NCBI RefSeq assembly: GCF_030144855.1
Contig: NC_082731.1
Span: 27,032,001 to 27,096,000, forward strand
Source of the DNA: Hypanus sabinus
Taxonomy: Eukaryota
DNA length: 64,000 bases
Reading direction: 5' to 3'
Below the pieces are notes generated by a model, which ran no database searches, had not been told where the DNA came from, and was given only the letters and a program-made list of their open reading frames with translations. Made by a program: the position numbers and the translations under genes. This document shows positions 13,586 through 27,200 of this stretch, piece after piece (positions within the stretch are counted from its first letter, which is position 1; every line of letters begins with the position of its first letter).

Positions 13586-14511
13586 TAGACTCTTGGTTGG
13601 TCAGGACATGAAGGGATATGGGGAGGGGTGGGGAGGCAGGGGATTGGGGCTGAGAGGAAAATTGCATCAGCCATGATGAAATGGTGGAGAAGCTCGATGG
13701 GCCAAATGGCCTAATTCTGCACCTATATCTTACGGTCTTATGAGTCTTGTGTCTCAGCCAAAGGGAAGAAGGTACCTGCGAAAGCACCAAGGGTGCAGAA
13801 TGCTCAGGAAGGTAAGGAGGAGCAAACAATTTAAACTTTGGAAAGGGCCAAAGATTACGCATCCAGCTTGTGCAGAATAAAGCTGCAAAGGAGCATTATT
13901 ATTATTCAGAGCTATACACTGTGTGGGGGTTAACTCCTGTAAACTTGTAAGAATTGGTCTTCGTAGTTTAAGAGTCGCAGTGGGGAGTTTGACGGCAATA
14001 GTGACATGAGGCGTTGAACTTGGCAATTTAAATTCCCTTTCCTCATTCATTGACAATGCCGATGCTCTCCCTGCTGGACCGTAATAAATGTGTCAGATTA
14101 AAGAACGATTTTCTGCTCTATTAAGTACAGAGGACCTTTAGATAATAATCCGTCTGAGATGTTTCAGTGTATTGGGCGATGCAATGTAAATGCATCGGAG
14201 GTTTTTATGTCAGAAGGTGTCGTAGGCAGTGTCAGAGTGTCTGTACTGCTACAGCAGAGCTGTCCTGCAAATCTATTCTAACTGAAGACTCCCGTGTGTC
14301 ACGGAAACCGAACTCAAGTTATATTTTCTCCTGGTTTTTATTTTGCATACACGCAGTGACCTCTCCAAAATGACTACTTGACGGGTTGCCCATCAATGGC
14401 AGCCTTACACTGTTCCATTAACCACGTTTTTCAGGGAACTTTGTCGGTGTCACTATTACTGGGGATTTCAAAAGTACTTTCAAAAACATCTGAATACCTC
14501 CAGGCAAGTAG

Positions 14512-14801
14512 ATAGATAGACAGACATCCGTTAGTCTCGTGAGACCATGGATTTGCACCTTGGAAGGTTTCCAGGGCGCAGGCCTGGGCAGGGTTTTACG
14601 GGAGAGCAGCAATTGCCCATGCTGCAAGCCTTCCCCTGTCCACACCACCGATATTGTCAAAGGGAAGGGCGCTAGGACCCAAGCAGCTTGGCACCGGTGT
14701 CATCCCAGAGCAATGGGTAGTTAAGTGTCTTGCTCAAGGACACAAAGCGTCGGCTCAGCTGAGGCTCAAACCAGTAACCTTCAGATCACTAGACCGATGC
14801 A
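14512..14801 (-). mobile_element. tRNA-derived SINE
   Basis: Minus strand has a tRNA-like head (...GTGATCTGAAGGTTACTGGTTTGAGCC...GTGTCCTTGAGCAAGACACTTAAC) and a simple-repeat tail. Confidence 0.6.
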
Positions 14802-14929
14802 TAGACACACCCCAAGGCAAGGGTTATAAATTTCTCAGATTTGTCCCAACCAATTATGGACGGCACGAGGTTTCTTGATGGGATTAGGGGCAGCCTGTAG
14901 CATAGGCTGTACTTCGGACGTGGTTCACG

Positions 14930-15485
14930 GCCGGATTACCTCTCTCTCTTTGAATTTGGAGGAGTTTTGTTGTGCAGCACTGGATATGTTCCCAAGACTT
15001 TGTGGAAAAGCACTCCATGTCCTCATTCCATTTGCAACAACATACTTGTGTGAATCTGGATTCAGTGCTCTTTCATCAGTCAAGACAAAATCTAGGAATC
15101 GTCTGAATCCACAGGCAGAACTGCGGATCGCAGTCAGCAAGAAAGTTCCACGTTTTGACAAAATCATGAAGGAGAAGCAGGAGCAAAGAAGTCATTGAAT
15201 TTTATGTTCACAATTGGGATTGATATTACTATTTACAATTTTTTCTGAATAAATAAGAATCTAATTGCTCAATTTATATTTGCATTTTATGCACTGAGTT
15301 AAAAGCTTATTTTTTTTTAAGTTCAATTTGTTCACCCGCAGTAATGTATGTGGTTCAATTTGTAGGTCAAAAATGAGAAATTAGACTTCTTCAACTTCAA
15401 ATGTGATATTACTTTTGTAGGGGTTGCAAACATTAATTAAACATTCCCTAGGGGTGTGGGGCATCGAAAAGGTTGGGAACCATTG
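14930..15485 (+). mobile_element. hAT (Charlie/Buster-like) DNA transposon, 3' remnant
   Basis: LIPFATTYLCESGFSALSSVKTKSRNRL...KQEQRSH matches the hAT C-terminal dimerisation motif. Right TIR-like AAGGTTGGGAACCATTG ends at 15485. No left TIR found. Confidence 0.82.
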
Positions 15486-16989
15486 GGTAATGTAACATAA
15501 TGTCATGTTTAGATTTAGAGAAGATTCATTGTTCAATTTCTGAATCTCATCAAGAACTTCAAACATAGTGGGGACGTTTTCTGAATTATTTTCGAAAACT
15601 TCAATTCGCTATTTAAACTCAGATGTTAGCTATTATTAATTTTTATTATATGAAAAGGTATTTTACCTTCTTTTCTCCTTAATTAACAGTTTTGGTCTAG
15701 GTAGAGGTTTGATTCTTTTTTTGTAATAAATTAGTATAGTTCAATATAACTATTGATTAAATTATATGAATACGGGATAATGTAATTGTTATTATGAACA
15801 GATATAATGTAATTGGTAGTTTTAAAAAACCTTTTTGACCTTTTCTGTAAACTTCCTTGTACTCTGTATTCTTCTATGTAGATACTCATAAAAATATTGG
15901 AAAAGAAAGGAGTATAAAGTGAGTTGAGCAGAGGGCTAAGCATGCAACTGTGCTGATGGAGTTTGGGTGGAGATGACAAGGTGGTGAGGGAGGCATTTAC
16001 CATGCTGGCCTTCATCAGTCAGGGCGATTATGTGGCAGTTATGTAAATTGTTAACAAGGTCACACTTGGAGTATTGTCAACGGTTTTGGTCATTGATACA
16101 GGAAAGACATTGTCAGGCTGGAAATGGAACAGAAGAGATGTACAAGGATGCTTCCTGGACTAGAGGGCCTGAGTTGTAGGGCGAGGTAAGCCATGCTGGT
16201 TCTTTATTATCTGGAGCACAGGACAATGTGGGACAACCTCAGAAGTTTCTTAAATCGTGAGGGGTATGGAATGCTGGATGGTCATAGGCTTTTCCTCAGG
16301 GTTGGGAAGTCCAACACAGGAGTGTAAAAATAGAAGATAAGAGGGCAGAGAGTAAAAAGAGATCTGAGAGTCAACTTTATACCGAGAGTAGTTAGTACCT
16401 GACAGTATCAATGGACCTGACCTGCTGAGTTCCTCCAGCATTTTGTGTGCGTTGCTTATTGATTTGTCAGGATTGTAAACAGGTTTTGTGCTTCTATTCC
16501 CTGAGAGCTGTGGAGTTGTTGGATTTCCTCCTCAGGATGCTCTCCATCAGGTCAAGTGAGGGGAATCTGTGCAACTTGCTAGGGTACTGCAGACTTTCAC
16601 AGTGTACCTGAACTGATCCTTCAATGTGTGTACGTTAATCCCTCACCAGTGGGTTGCTTTGGACACAGTGTCTCTGTGTTCATTTGGTTGAAAATAACAG
16701 TTCACTGTTGCATGTTTTTCCAGTTAGTTTGAAATTGCTGAGAATAATTTTTTTCAGGCACTGTAGCACTGACTTCATAATGGTAAAAGAGAGGGCAGGT
16801 AAGTGATCCAGAGAAATAGATTGCCCTTATACAAAGAGAAACATTAGCAATCTTGCAGACATCTGGGACCTCACTTTACTAAAGGAGATCTAAAGATAAC
16901 TAGCTCTGGTTCCAGCCCACTCTCCCACCTTTTTATACTGGTGATCTCTGTTCTGCTTTCTCAGTTAGGGTGAAGAGCGTTTATCCAAA

Positions 16990-18030
16990 ATGCTGATTAC
17001 CTATTTCCCTCCAAAATCTCAGATTCACTTGGACCATTTACGACACCATCTTCCTCTTTCTAGATCCATTTACAATTACTGCAAAACGACTAACTCCCAC
17101 AACTACCAGAACAACACTTCTGATCAAATTCTTTCATGTAAGGATGTCATTCCTTTCTCTCAGTTTTACTGACTCTGCAGTATCTGTTCTTCAGAACAGC
17201 TGAAATGTCATCTTTTCAGAAAGAGCAGCAGCTTTCAACTCAATGTAATGCTGTGGTTGATAGAGACCTGACCCACATCTCCTCCATTTCCAGCAGTTCT
17301 GCACTGAATCCATCTCCCTCAGACAGAACAGTGAGAGAGTTTCCTCACCTTTCATCCCACTAGGCTTCACCTCCAGCAATTCACTCGAAACATTTCCAGC
17401 AGCTACAATGTCATCCCACCATTAGTCACATCTTACCATCCCCAACTATTTGCTCTCTACAGGACCACCCTCTCTGTGATTCACTGGTTTGTTGATAACT
17501 CTCCCTTTCCAGGCATTTCCCCTGCAATTGCTGATGGTGTAACATTTTTCTCTACACCTCTTTACCACCATTCAATGGCTTAAATAGTCTTTGCAATAAG
17601 GCTCAGATTTCCATGCACCTCATCTGTTGTTGACTATTGCATTCAGTGCTCTTGAGGTGATTCAAGTACTGAGTAGGGGACCACTTTAACAAACACCTGC
17701 ACTCCACCCACAATGGCCATCGATAGCTCCCATTTGCCAGCCATTTTAATTCCTCTCCCCATTGCCACAGCAAACCATCTAGTCTTGGCATCGTTCAGTG
17801 CAACAGTCAGGCTAAAAGCAAGCCAGAGGAATAGAATCTTGTATTCTACTTGAATTATCTACAATCCGATATCAAGAATATTGAATTCTCCAATTTCAGG
17901 TCAACTTCTTCTCCTCTGTTCCCTCTTCTCTCTCATCCTGATCTACCCAGATCCTCTCATACACATCATTCTTTCCAAACTCTCCAACCCCAACGAGACC
18001 ACAGGGAAATTGTTTATTTCTGACAAGCAA
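16990..18030 (+). mobile_element. Degenerate Penelope-like element (GIY-YIG region)
   Basis: Decayed FPCTSSVVDYCIQCS... motif at about 17610-17650, homologous to the intact motif at 26540-26600. Confidence 0.6.
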
Positions 18031-18124
18031 ATTTTAAGGGAGGTCAAGCAGCAGTGCCATGGTCTCTTGGTCATCGTGGAGAGTGGACATTAGAGGGAGA
18101 TGGATTTTTTTTCTGATACTATAC

Positions 18125-19140
18125 TTGTTTTCTTTTTTTTGTAATATATTTTTCATTGAAGTTCATCATCAAACATTTCCATAAGATATATTTCAGACAT
18201 TGTACATATATATCATATAATCATATATATCACAAATCTCCACAAAGTATTTATCTAAGGTATACACTTATAGAAAAGAGTGGAAAGAAAAAGCTAGCAA
18301 AAGGAAGGGACTATGTACAAGTAGGGAGTGATTTTTTTTTTACAACAGATCCATTGATTTGTGAGAATAAAATAAGGCCTATGAGGCATTATGTAGTTAA
18401 ACCATTTTCCCCAGTATGAATCAAATTGTTCCAGCTTATGGTTAACAGATGCTGTTATCTTCTCCATTTTGAAATGTCCATTGTAATTTCCATCCATGTA
18501 TTTAAAGTTTTGCTCTCCTGTGATAACCATTTCCTAGTAAGAGTCTTTTTACCAGCCACCAACAGTATATTCATTAAATAGTTATCTCTTTTCAACCATT
18601 CTTGAGGTATATATCCAAAATATATGGTCTTACTCTCTAAGGGTATTTCACATTTAAAGATGTCTTGTAGGGCATTGTGTGTCCCCCTCCAATAGTTTTT
18701 GATAACAGGGCAGTCCCAAAAAATATGATAATTATTTGCATTTTGATTTCCACAATCTCTTCAGCAAACAGGGAGGTTACTATCATAATGGGATTTCTGA
18801 GAGGGTGTAGTAAAATATCTTATCAAGTTTTTCCATCCAAACTCCCTCCATTTCTGTGAACTGGTACACTTCTATTGATATCTCCATATTGTTGTCCATT
18901 CTTCCTCAGATATAATTATCCCTCCTTCCTTCTCCCATTTTGTTTTAATGTATGAAGTCGAATGTGTTTTAAGATTTGACAACCCCTTTTACGTGCTTGA
19001 AATGATTCTACTACCATTATCTGAATTATATGCATTTCTAAAGAGCTCTATCAAGCTTGTGTTACATTGGTTACATTTTTAAGTGTCTTATTAACATATT
19101 GTCGCATTTCAACCTTAAAATGTCTAATTTCCTCAGCTCT
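18125..19140 (-). mobile_element. 5'-truncated L1/Tx1-clade LINE (ORF2 C-terminus plus 3'UTR)
   Basis: FKMEKITASVNHKLEQFDSYWGKWFNYI resembles a fish L1 ORF2 C-terminus. T-run at about 18133 corresponds to the poly(A). Confidence 0.7.
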
Positions 19141-21144
19141 GGTGAAAAGCTTGTGATATTAGTTTGTTTATCTGCACAGATAGTGGCTGTCCTGTAATTT
19201 CAGTAATTTTTATCTCTTATTTGCAACATCTGTAGTTATTTGTCTTTCAGTGATGATTTCACTCTTTCTGTTGGAGTTCAGATGCCGATTTTGTCTGAAG
19301 CCAATATGATCCGAAACATTTGTTGCCCTGCAATAATACCTGCAACCACTGGGGGTCAGAGGAACATCTCCTGATATTGAGTAGTCAGTTAAACTGGCTG
19401 ATGTAATAGACTCCGAGTGTCAGTGAAACACTCAAGCAAATAGACACTGCAGGACGGTGTGGATGAAACAGCGCACAGGGGGATTCCATTGTGCCAGAAG
19501 GTCCTGAGACTACAGGAGCGCTTCAGATGAATTTGTCACATTGAAAGTGAGAGACAGGGAAAGGAGAGGGTTTTCATCAATTAATATCTCACAGATGGGA
19601 CATTTTACACAATCCCTGCTTTCTCTCGCTGGCTTTTTTGTCAATACATCATAACCTTGCAAAGATTTGCATTTATACAGTGTCTTGATTTGATCTCTTG
19701 TTCTTTGGACTCTATTTTTGCTACTTTACGGTTGTTTCGATGATCGTTGACATACATGAGTTGGCATATTCGGTGATGTATATAGTCTACTCACCGACAG
19801 TCCATTTCTTTCACTCCACCACTGATGTACAATGATATATTGCCTGTACAGTGCTTCCAAGAGTTCTTCCTTCTGATTTTCAACATGAGCAGGTTTTGCT
19901 TATTTATTCTGTCTGTTGTAACCCAGATGCTCATGGACTGTACTCACTCAGGGATTCAACAGCTTCTTTGACAATTTGAAGACAATTTGACCGGAAGCCT
20001 TTCTTACCTTGCAGTGATAAACTGCAGCCACTGGGGGCCAGAGGAAAATCTCCAAATATTCAGGCTTCAATCAAACTGATTGTTGTAATACTAACCAACA
20101 GCCAATGGGTGTCAGTGTATAAGTCAGACTGAGAGGGTGGAGAATGTGGATGAAACAGTGCACAGGAGGATTCCAGAGCATCAGGAATTCTTGAGTCTAC
20201 AGGAGCTCTTCAGATGGATATGTCACATTGAAATATGTCTTTCTTCCACATACTAAATGCACAATTGTTGGTAGGTTAATTGCCCATGGTAAGTTGCACT
20301 TGCATTTGTAGAGTCAGAGAGCCAAGGATTATGGAAATAGACCTTTTGGCCCAACTCATCCTTGTTTACCAAAATGCCCATCCAAGCTGGTCACATTGAC
20401 AGCATTTTGTGGGAAAGTTTCCTATCCGTTGCCCTCTTGATTTTATGCATCTCTATAAAATTACCACTCAATCACTTGCAAAGCAGAGTTTCTCACCAGA
20501 AATAAGATGGTGATTGCTAGGGATTTAATAATCAAGTACAGTAACAAAAGTACATCCCATCTCACTGTTAGTTTGAGTCCTCACAGTGATTTTGAATAAA
20601 TTATATGTTCTGCAGTTTGTATATTCACACTAATGAAAGTCCTAGTCTAGACAACCTCTCCCTTTAACTCAGTCATGGCAACATCCTTGTAAATCTTTTC
20701 TGCACTCTTTCCAGATTAATAACATCTTTTCACCAGCAGGATGAATAAAAAAATGAACAAAATACTCCAGATACAACCTCACTAGCACCTTGTACAATGC
20801 CACCATGCGCTCCCAATTTTGCACACAATTCCAACAGTCTTCTACACCACCCTCTCTACATGTGACTCCCCTTTCAGTGACCATAGAGACCACAGGATTT
20901 TGGAGCAGAACTAGGCCATTCAGCTGATTGGGTCTGATCCACCATTTGATCATGGTCAATCTATTTCCCTCTCAACTCCATTCTCTTACCTTCTCCCCAT
21001 AATCTTTCATGCTCTGACTTATCAAGAATTTATCAACCTCCATTTTAAACACACTCAGACCTGGCCTCCTTAACTGCTGAAGAAATTGTTCCTCATCTCT
21101 GTTTTAAATGGATGTCTGTCTGTTCTGAAGTTGTACCCTTTGGT

Positions 21145-21401
21145 TGGTTGGTGGTACAGTGACATCAGTGCTGAACTCCAGAACAGAGGTTCCCGGGTCC
21201 GATTCTAGTTGGGGCTTTCCCAAGTATGCTTTCTATGCTTGAAACTCAACCTCGTAAAATAAGGGAAGGATTGCGAAATGTCTGTGTGAGGAGTGGCTTG
21301 CCACACAGTCATTTGTTCTGCGCCTTGTAAGGCAGGAAAATGCCTGACACTGGCCTCTCAGGCCTGAGTCGACGTCTTCATCATCATCATCATCATCATC
21401 A
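21145..21401 (+). mobile_element. tRNA-derived SINE ending in (CAT)n
   Basis: tRNA-like head (GGTGGTACAGTG...GGTTCCCGGGTCCGATTC) and a (CAT)7 tail at about 21379-21400. Confidence 0.6.
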
Positions 21402-21409
21402 CCCTTTGG

Positions 21410-22500
21410 TCCTAGACTCCCCCACCATGGGGAACATTCTCTGCACATGCATTCTAATCTAGGCCTTTCCACATTTGATAGGTATCAATCAGATCCACCC
21501 TGCCCCCATTCTTCTAAATTCCAGTGAGTACAGACACAGAGCTATCAAATGCTCCTCATACAATGAGTCTTTCAATCCAGGAGTCGTTTTCATGAAGCTC
21601 CTTTGAACGCTGTCCAATGTCAACACATCCTTACTTGGATAAGGGGCCTGAAACTGCTCTCAATCCTCCAAGTGAGGCTACACCAATGCCTTATAAAGCC
21701 CCAGAATTACATCCTTGTTTTTATATTCTTGTCCTCTGAAATGAATGGTAACACTGCATTTGCTTTCCTCAGCACTGACCTACAATTTAGACTTTGGGGA
21801 ATTCTGCATGAGAACTCCTAAGTCACTTTGAAGCCCCTTTGTATTTTGGATTTTTGAGTATTCTCCCTGTTTAGAAAATAGTTTACACTTTTACTCCTTC
21901 TACCAAGGTGCACAGCCACACTTCCCAACAGTATATTCAATCTGCCATTTCTTTGCCTGTTCTCCTAATCTAAATCCTTCTGTAGCCTACCTGCTTCCTA
22001 AACACTACCTGCCCCTCCAGTTATCTTTGTATTGTTTGCAAACTTAACCAAAAAGCCTTCAATTCTGTCATCCAAGTCATTCAACAATGTAAAAAGAAGT
22101 GGTCCCAATACTGAACCCTGTGGAACACCATTAGTCACTGGCAGCCAATCAGAAAAGGTTCCCTTTATTCCCTCTCTTTGCCTCCTGCCAGTCAGCCAAT
22201 GCTCTAACCATGCTAGCATCTTTCCTGTAATACCATGGGCTCTTATCTTGCTAAGCAGCCTCATGTGTGGCACCTTGTCAAAGGCCATTTATAAATCCAA
22301 GCACAGAATATCCACCGGCTCTCCCTTGTCTATCCTGTTTGTTATGTCCACAATGGATTCCAAAGGATTTGTCAGACAAGATTTCCTCTCATGGAAACCA
22401 TAATGACTTGGCCATTTTATTACATGCCTCCAGGGATGTTGAAACTTCATTCTCAACAATTGACTCCGATATCTTCCCAGCCACTCATGCCAGGCAAACT
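21410..22500 (-). mobile_element. CR1 RT fragment
   Basis: AFDKVPHMRLLSKI...[13 protein letters not shown]...KFANNTKI (ORF 21998-22288). Confidence 0.85.
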
Positions 22501-23605
22501 GACTAAACAGGCTAATTGATGAAGAAATAGCAGTAGATGTAGTGTATATGGATTTCAGCAAGGCATTTGATAAGGTACACCATGCATGGTTTATTGAGAA
22601 AGTAAGCAGGCATTGGATCGAAGGGGACATTGCTTTGTGGATCCAGAACTAGCTTGCCCACAGAAGGCAAAGAGTGGGTGTAGATGGGTTATATTCTACA
22701 TGGAGGTTGGCGACCAGTGGTGTGCCTCAGGGATCTGTTCTGGGACCCTTACTCTTCATGATTTTTATAAGTGACCTGGATGAGGAAGTGGAGTTATGGG
22801 TTAGTAAGTTTGCTGATGACACAAAGTTTGGAGGTGTTGTGGATAGTGTGGAGGGCTGACAGAGGTTACAGCAGGACTTTGATAGGATGCAAAACTGGGC
22901 TGAGAAGTGGCAGATGGAGTTCAGCCCTGCTAAGTGTAAAGTGGTTCATTTTGGTAGGTCAAATATGATGGCAGAACATATGGTAAGACTCTTGGCAGTG
23001 TGGAGGATCAGAGGGATCTTGGGGTCTGAGTCCATAGGACACTCAAAGCAGCTGTGCAGGTTGACTCTGTGATTAAGAATTCATATTGTGCATTGGCCTT
23101 CATCAATTGTGGAACTGAATTTGGAAGCCGAGAGGTAATGTTGCAGCTATATAGGACCCTGGTCAGACCCTACTTGGAGTACTGTGCTCAGTTCTGGTTG
23201 CCTCCCTACAGGAAGGATGTGGAAGGTTGAGTGAACTCGGCCTTTTCTCCTTGGAGCGACAGAGGATGAGATGTGACCTGACAGAGGTGTATAGGACGAT
23301 GAAAGGCATTGATCATGTGGATATTCAAAGGCTTTTTCCCAGGGCTGAAATGATTGCCACAAGAGGACACGGGCTTAAGGTGCTGGGAAGTAGGTATAGA
23401 GGTGATGTTAGGGGTAAGTTTTTTACTCAGAGAGTGGTGAGTGCTTGGAATGGGCTGCCAGCAACGGTGCTGGATGCAGATACGACAAGTCTTTTAAGAG
23501 GCTTTTAGATAGGTACACGGAGCTTAGTAAAATAGAGGGCCATAGGTAGGGACATGTTATGGGCTGAAGGGCTTGTATTGTGCTGTAGATTTTCTATGTT
23601 TCTAT
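22500..23605 (+). mobile_element. 5'-truncated CR1 (RT to 3' end)
   Basis: [13 protein letters not shown]...[10 protein letters not shown]; LFSLERQRMRCDL; typical 3' tail. Confidence 0.85.
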
Positions 23606-24299
23606 TATATTCTTTCTTCTGCCTCTCCCCTTTCTTGAAGAGCGGAGTGACATTTGCAACTTTCTAGTCCTCTAGAATCATGCCAGAGTCTAGTGAGTCT
23701 TGAAAACTCATTGTTAATATCTTCATAATCTCTTCATTTGCCTCTTTCAGAAATCCAACCAGTTCAGGCGGCTTATTTACCTTCAGACCTTTCAGCTTCT
23801 CAAGCATCTTTTCCCTTATGCCCCATTATACCTCTGGCAAACTGCTAGTGTGTTCTACCGTGAAGACTGATAGCAAATATTTATTCATTTATTGTCATTT
23901 CCTTATCCCTCATTACTACGTCTCCAGTGTTATGTTCCAGCATTCTGCTGTCTACTCAGCTCACTTTCTAAATCTGAAATCTCTTTTGGTATCTCCTTTG
24001 CTATTATCGGCTTACCATCATATATCAACTTTTCTGTCCTTATGGCTTTTTTATTTGCCTTCTGTTGGTTTTTAAAGCATCCCAATACTCTAGCTCCCCG
24101 CTTGTTGTTATTCTCTTATATGCTCTTTCTTTTGCTTTCATGTTGGCTTTGACTTCCCTTATCAGCCATGGTAATGCCATCCTGTCTACAGAATACTTGT
24201 CATTGCTCCTCTGCCATCATCTCTGTTAGTCTCCCCTTCCATTCATCGTTGGCTAGCTCCTCTCTCATTAGTCTGTAGTTCCCTTTACCCTAGTGAAAT

Positions 24300-27200
24300 A
24301 CTCCACTGGGGCAGGAGCTGACTGTACTCAGGATCATCCGGGAATCTGAAGACATTTTTGATGAGACTATTGGAGAGGTGGTCACACCCAGAGTACGGGC
24401 TTCACACAGTAGATGGGTGACCACCAGGCAAGATAAGGGGATTCAGCAGTCGTTGTAAGGTTCCCCTGTGGCAGTTGGCCTCAGCAACAAGTATACACCT
24501 CTATGGATACTGCTGTGGGGGATGGCCCATCAGGGCACAGCAGCACCCAGGCTAGTGGCACTGTGGATGGCTCTGAGGCTCAGCAGAGAAGGGTAAATTC
24601 AGGCAGTACAAAAGTGATTAGGGATCTGACAGTAAAGGGGACAGAGAAGAGATTCTGTGGCAGCAAAAGCAACAGCAGGGTGATGTGTTCCCTTCCAGAT
24701 GCTAGGGTCCAGGATGTATCAGAGAGATGGCAGGATATTCCCAGAGTGAATAGGTGAATAGGTGAATGGGTGAACAGCCAGAGGTTATGATCCACATGAA
24801 ACATTGGCAAAAGTTAGTATTTAGGGTTAGAAAAGAGGCTGAAGAGATGGACCTCCAAGATAGTAATCTCCAGATTACTCCTGATGTACGGACTAGTGCA
24901 GATAGGAATGAGATGATAGCACAGATGAATGCATGACTGAGGAGGTGGTGCAGGGGACAGGGTTTAAAGTTCTTGGATCATTGGGACCTTTTCTCGGGAA
25001 AGCCTGACTGGATAAGAGAGACGGGTTCCACCTGAACTGGAGGGGAATGAATATCCTGGCCAGGACATTTTCTAATGCTATCTGGGAGGGTTCACAGTGT
25101 CTGGAAACTGAGCACCAGTTCAGTAACTGAAGTATTGGAGAAGAAGGTAGATGTCAGGGAAAGTATTGATATGCAAAATCAAAATAATCTTGGTATGATG
25201 AGACACATAATTTGAAGCAATTGTGTTTTAATGCGAGGAGTATTATGGGTAAAGGAGATGAACCTGGAGCATGGATCGGGACATGGAACTACGATGTGGC
25301 CAATACAGAGACTTGTTTGAGAGAGAGGCAGGAATAGGTGATTAATGTACCAGCTTTTCAAAGTTTTAGAAAAAATAGGGAAGGAGGTAAAAGGGGGGAG
25401 GGAGTTTGCCACTAAGGGACAATATCACAGCTGCACTGAGGGGAAACATAATGGAGGATTCAGAAACTGTGTCCATTTGGGTGGATCTCAAGAATAGGAA
25501 AGGTGCAATCACAAGACGGTCAGACAAGAGGAGGAGCTGCACTGGTCCTGGAGTTGGGTAATGAGCCTGGCCAGGTGTTCAATCTCTCAGTGCATAAGCA
25601 GTTAGAGAACAATGAACACAATCCCTTAACGTTCAGGATAGCTATAGTTAAGGACAGGTATTGTTATTGCAGGAGATTCTTAAATTGGATAAAGGCAAAT
25701 TATGAGAGCATCAGGCAGAACAAAGAAGAGCTATTTGGGAAAACCTTTTTACTGGCAAGTCCACATCAGACGTGTGGAGGGTGTTTAATGATCAATTGCA
25801 CAGAGTACATTACATGAATGTTCCTGTTAGAAGGAAAGACGGAGATGGAAAGATAAGAGAACTTTGGATGTCATGAGAGGGGATGAATTTTGTCAAGAAG
25901 AAAAGGGATAAGCATGTAGCTTCAAAAGTTTGGATCAAACTAAACACATGAGGAGTATAAGGAAGCCAGAAATGAACAAAATAAAGGAATTAGGAAAGCT
26001 GGGAGGGGCCATGAAAAAGCCAAATCCCAAGGTATTCTACACATACATCAAGAACAAGAGGATAACTAGAGAGAACACAAAGTACACTGCAGATGCTGGG
26101 GCCAAAGCAATACGTACAACATGCTGGAGGAACTCAGCAGGACGGGCAGCATCCGTGGAAATGAGCAGTCAATGTTTCGGGCCGAGACCCTTCATCACAA
26201 TTGAAGAGGGAGGGGGCAGGTGCCCTAGAAAGAAGGCAGGGGGAGGGAGGGAAGGAGGAGGTTGGTAGGTGCCAGGTCAAAAACCAGTAAGAAACTGGGA
26301 TGGGGGAAGGGAGAGGGCGGGAATTACCGGAAGTTGGAGAATTCAATATTCATGCCAAGGGGCTCCACCACTAAGCACATCTTTCTCTCTCTCTACCTCT
26401 CTCCGCTTTCCACAGGGATCATTCCCTCCACAACTGCCTTATCCCTGCAAGTGTAAGTGCTACACCTGTCCCTACACCTCCTCTCTTACCACCATTCAGG
26501 GCCCCAAATAGTACTTCCAGGTGAGGCAACACTTCACTTGTGAGTCTGTTGGGGTCATCTATTGCATCCAGTGCTCTCGGTGCGGCCTCCTCTACATCGG
26601 TGAGACCTGACGCAGATTGAGGGACCGCTTCATTGAGCACCTCCGTTCTGTCCACCACAACAGACAGGATCTCCCGGTTGCCACCCACTTCAACTCTGCT
26701 TCACATTCCCATTCAGATATGTTCATACATGGCCTCCTCTACTGCCTTGATGAGGCCAAACTCAGGTTGGAGGAGCAACAATTCATATACCATCCGGGTA
26801 GTCTCCAGCCCTTTGGCATGAACATTGAATTCTCCAACTTCTGGTAATTCCCTCCCCCTCCCTTCCCCCATCCCAGTTTCTTACTGGTTTTTCACCTGGC
26901 ATCTACCAGCCTTCTCCTTCCCACCCTCCCCCCACCTTCTTTATAGGGCACCTGCCCCCTCCCTCTTCAGTCATAATGAAGGGTCTCAGCCCGAATCGTT
27001 GACTGCTCATTTCTACGGATGCCACCCGACCTGCTGAGTTCCTCCAGCGTGTTGTACGTGTAACTAGGGAGAAGGTAGGGCTACTCAAGGATAAAGAAGG
27101 GAACATTTGCTTGGATGTGGAGAAGGTGAGTGAGGTACTTAATGAGTATTTTGCTTCAGTATTTCCGAGAGAAAATGACACGGAGGGCCAGGAGATCAGA

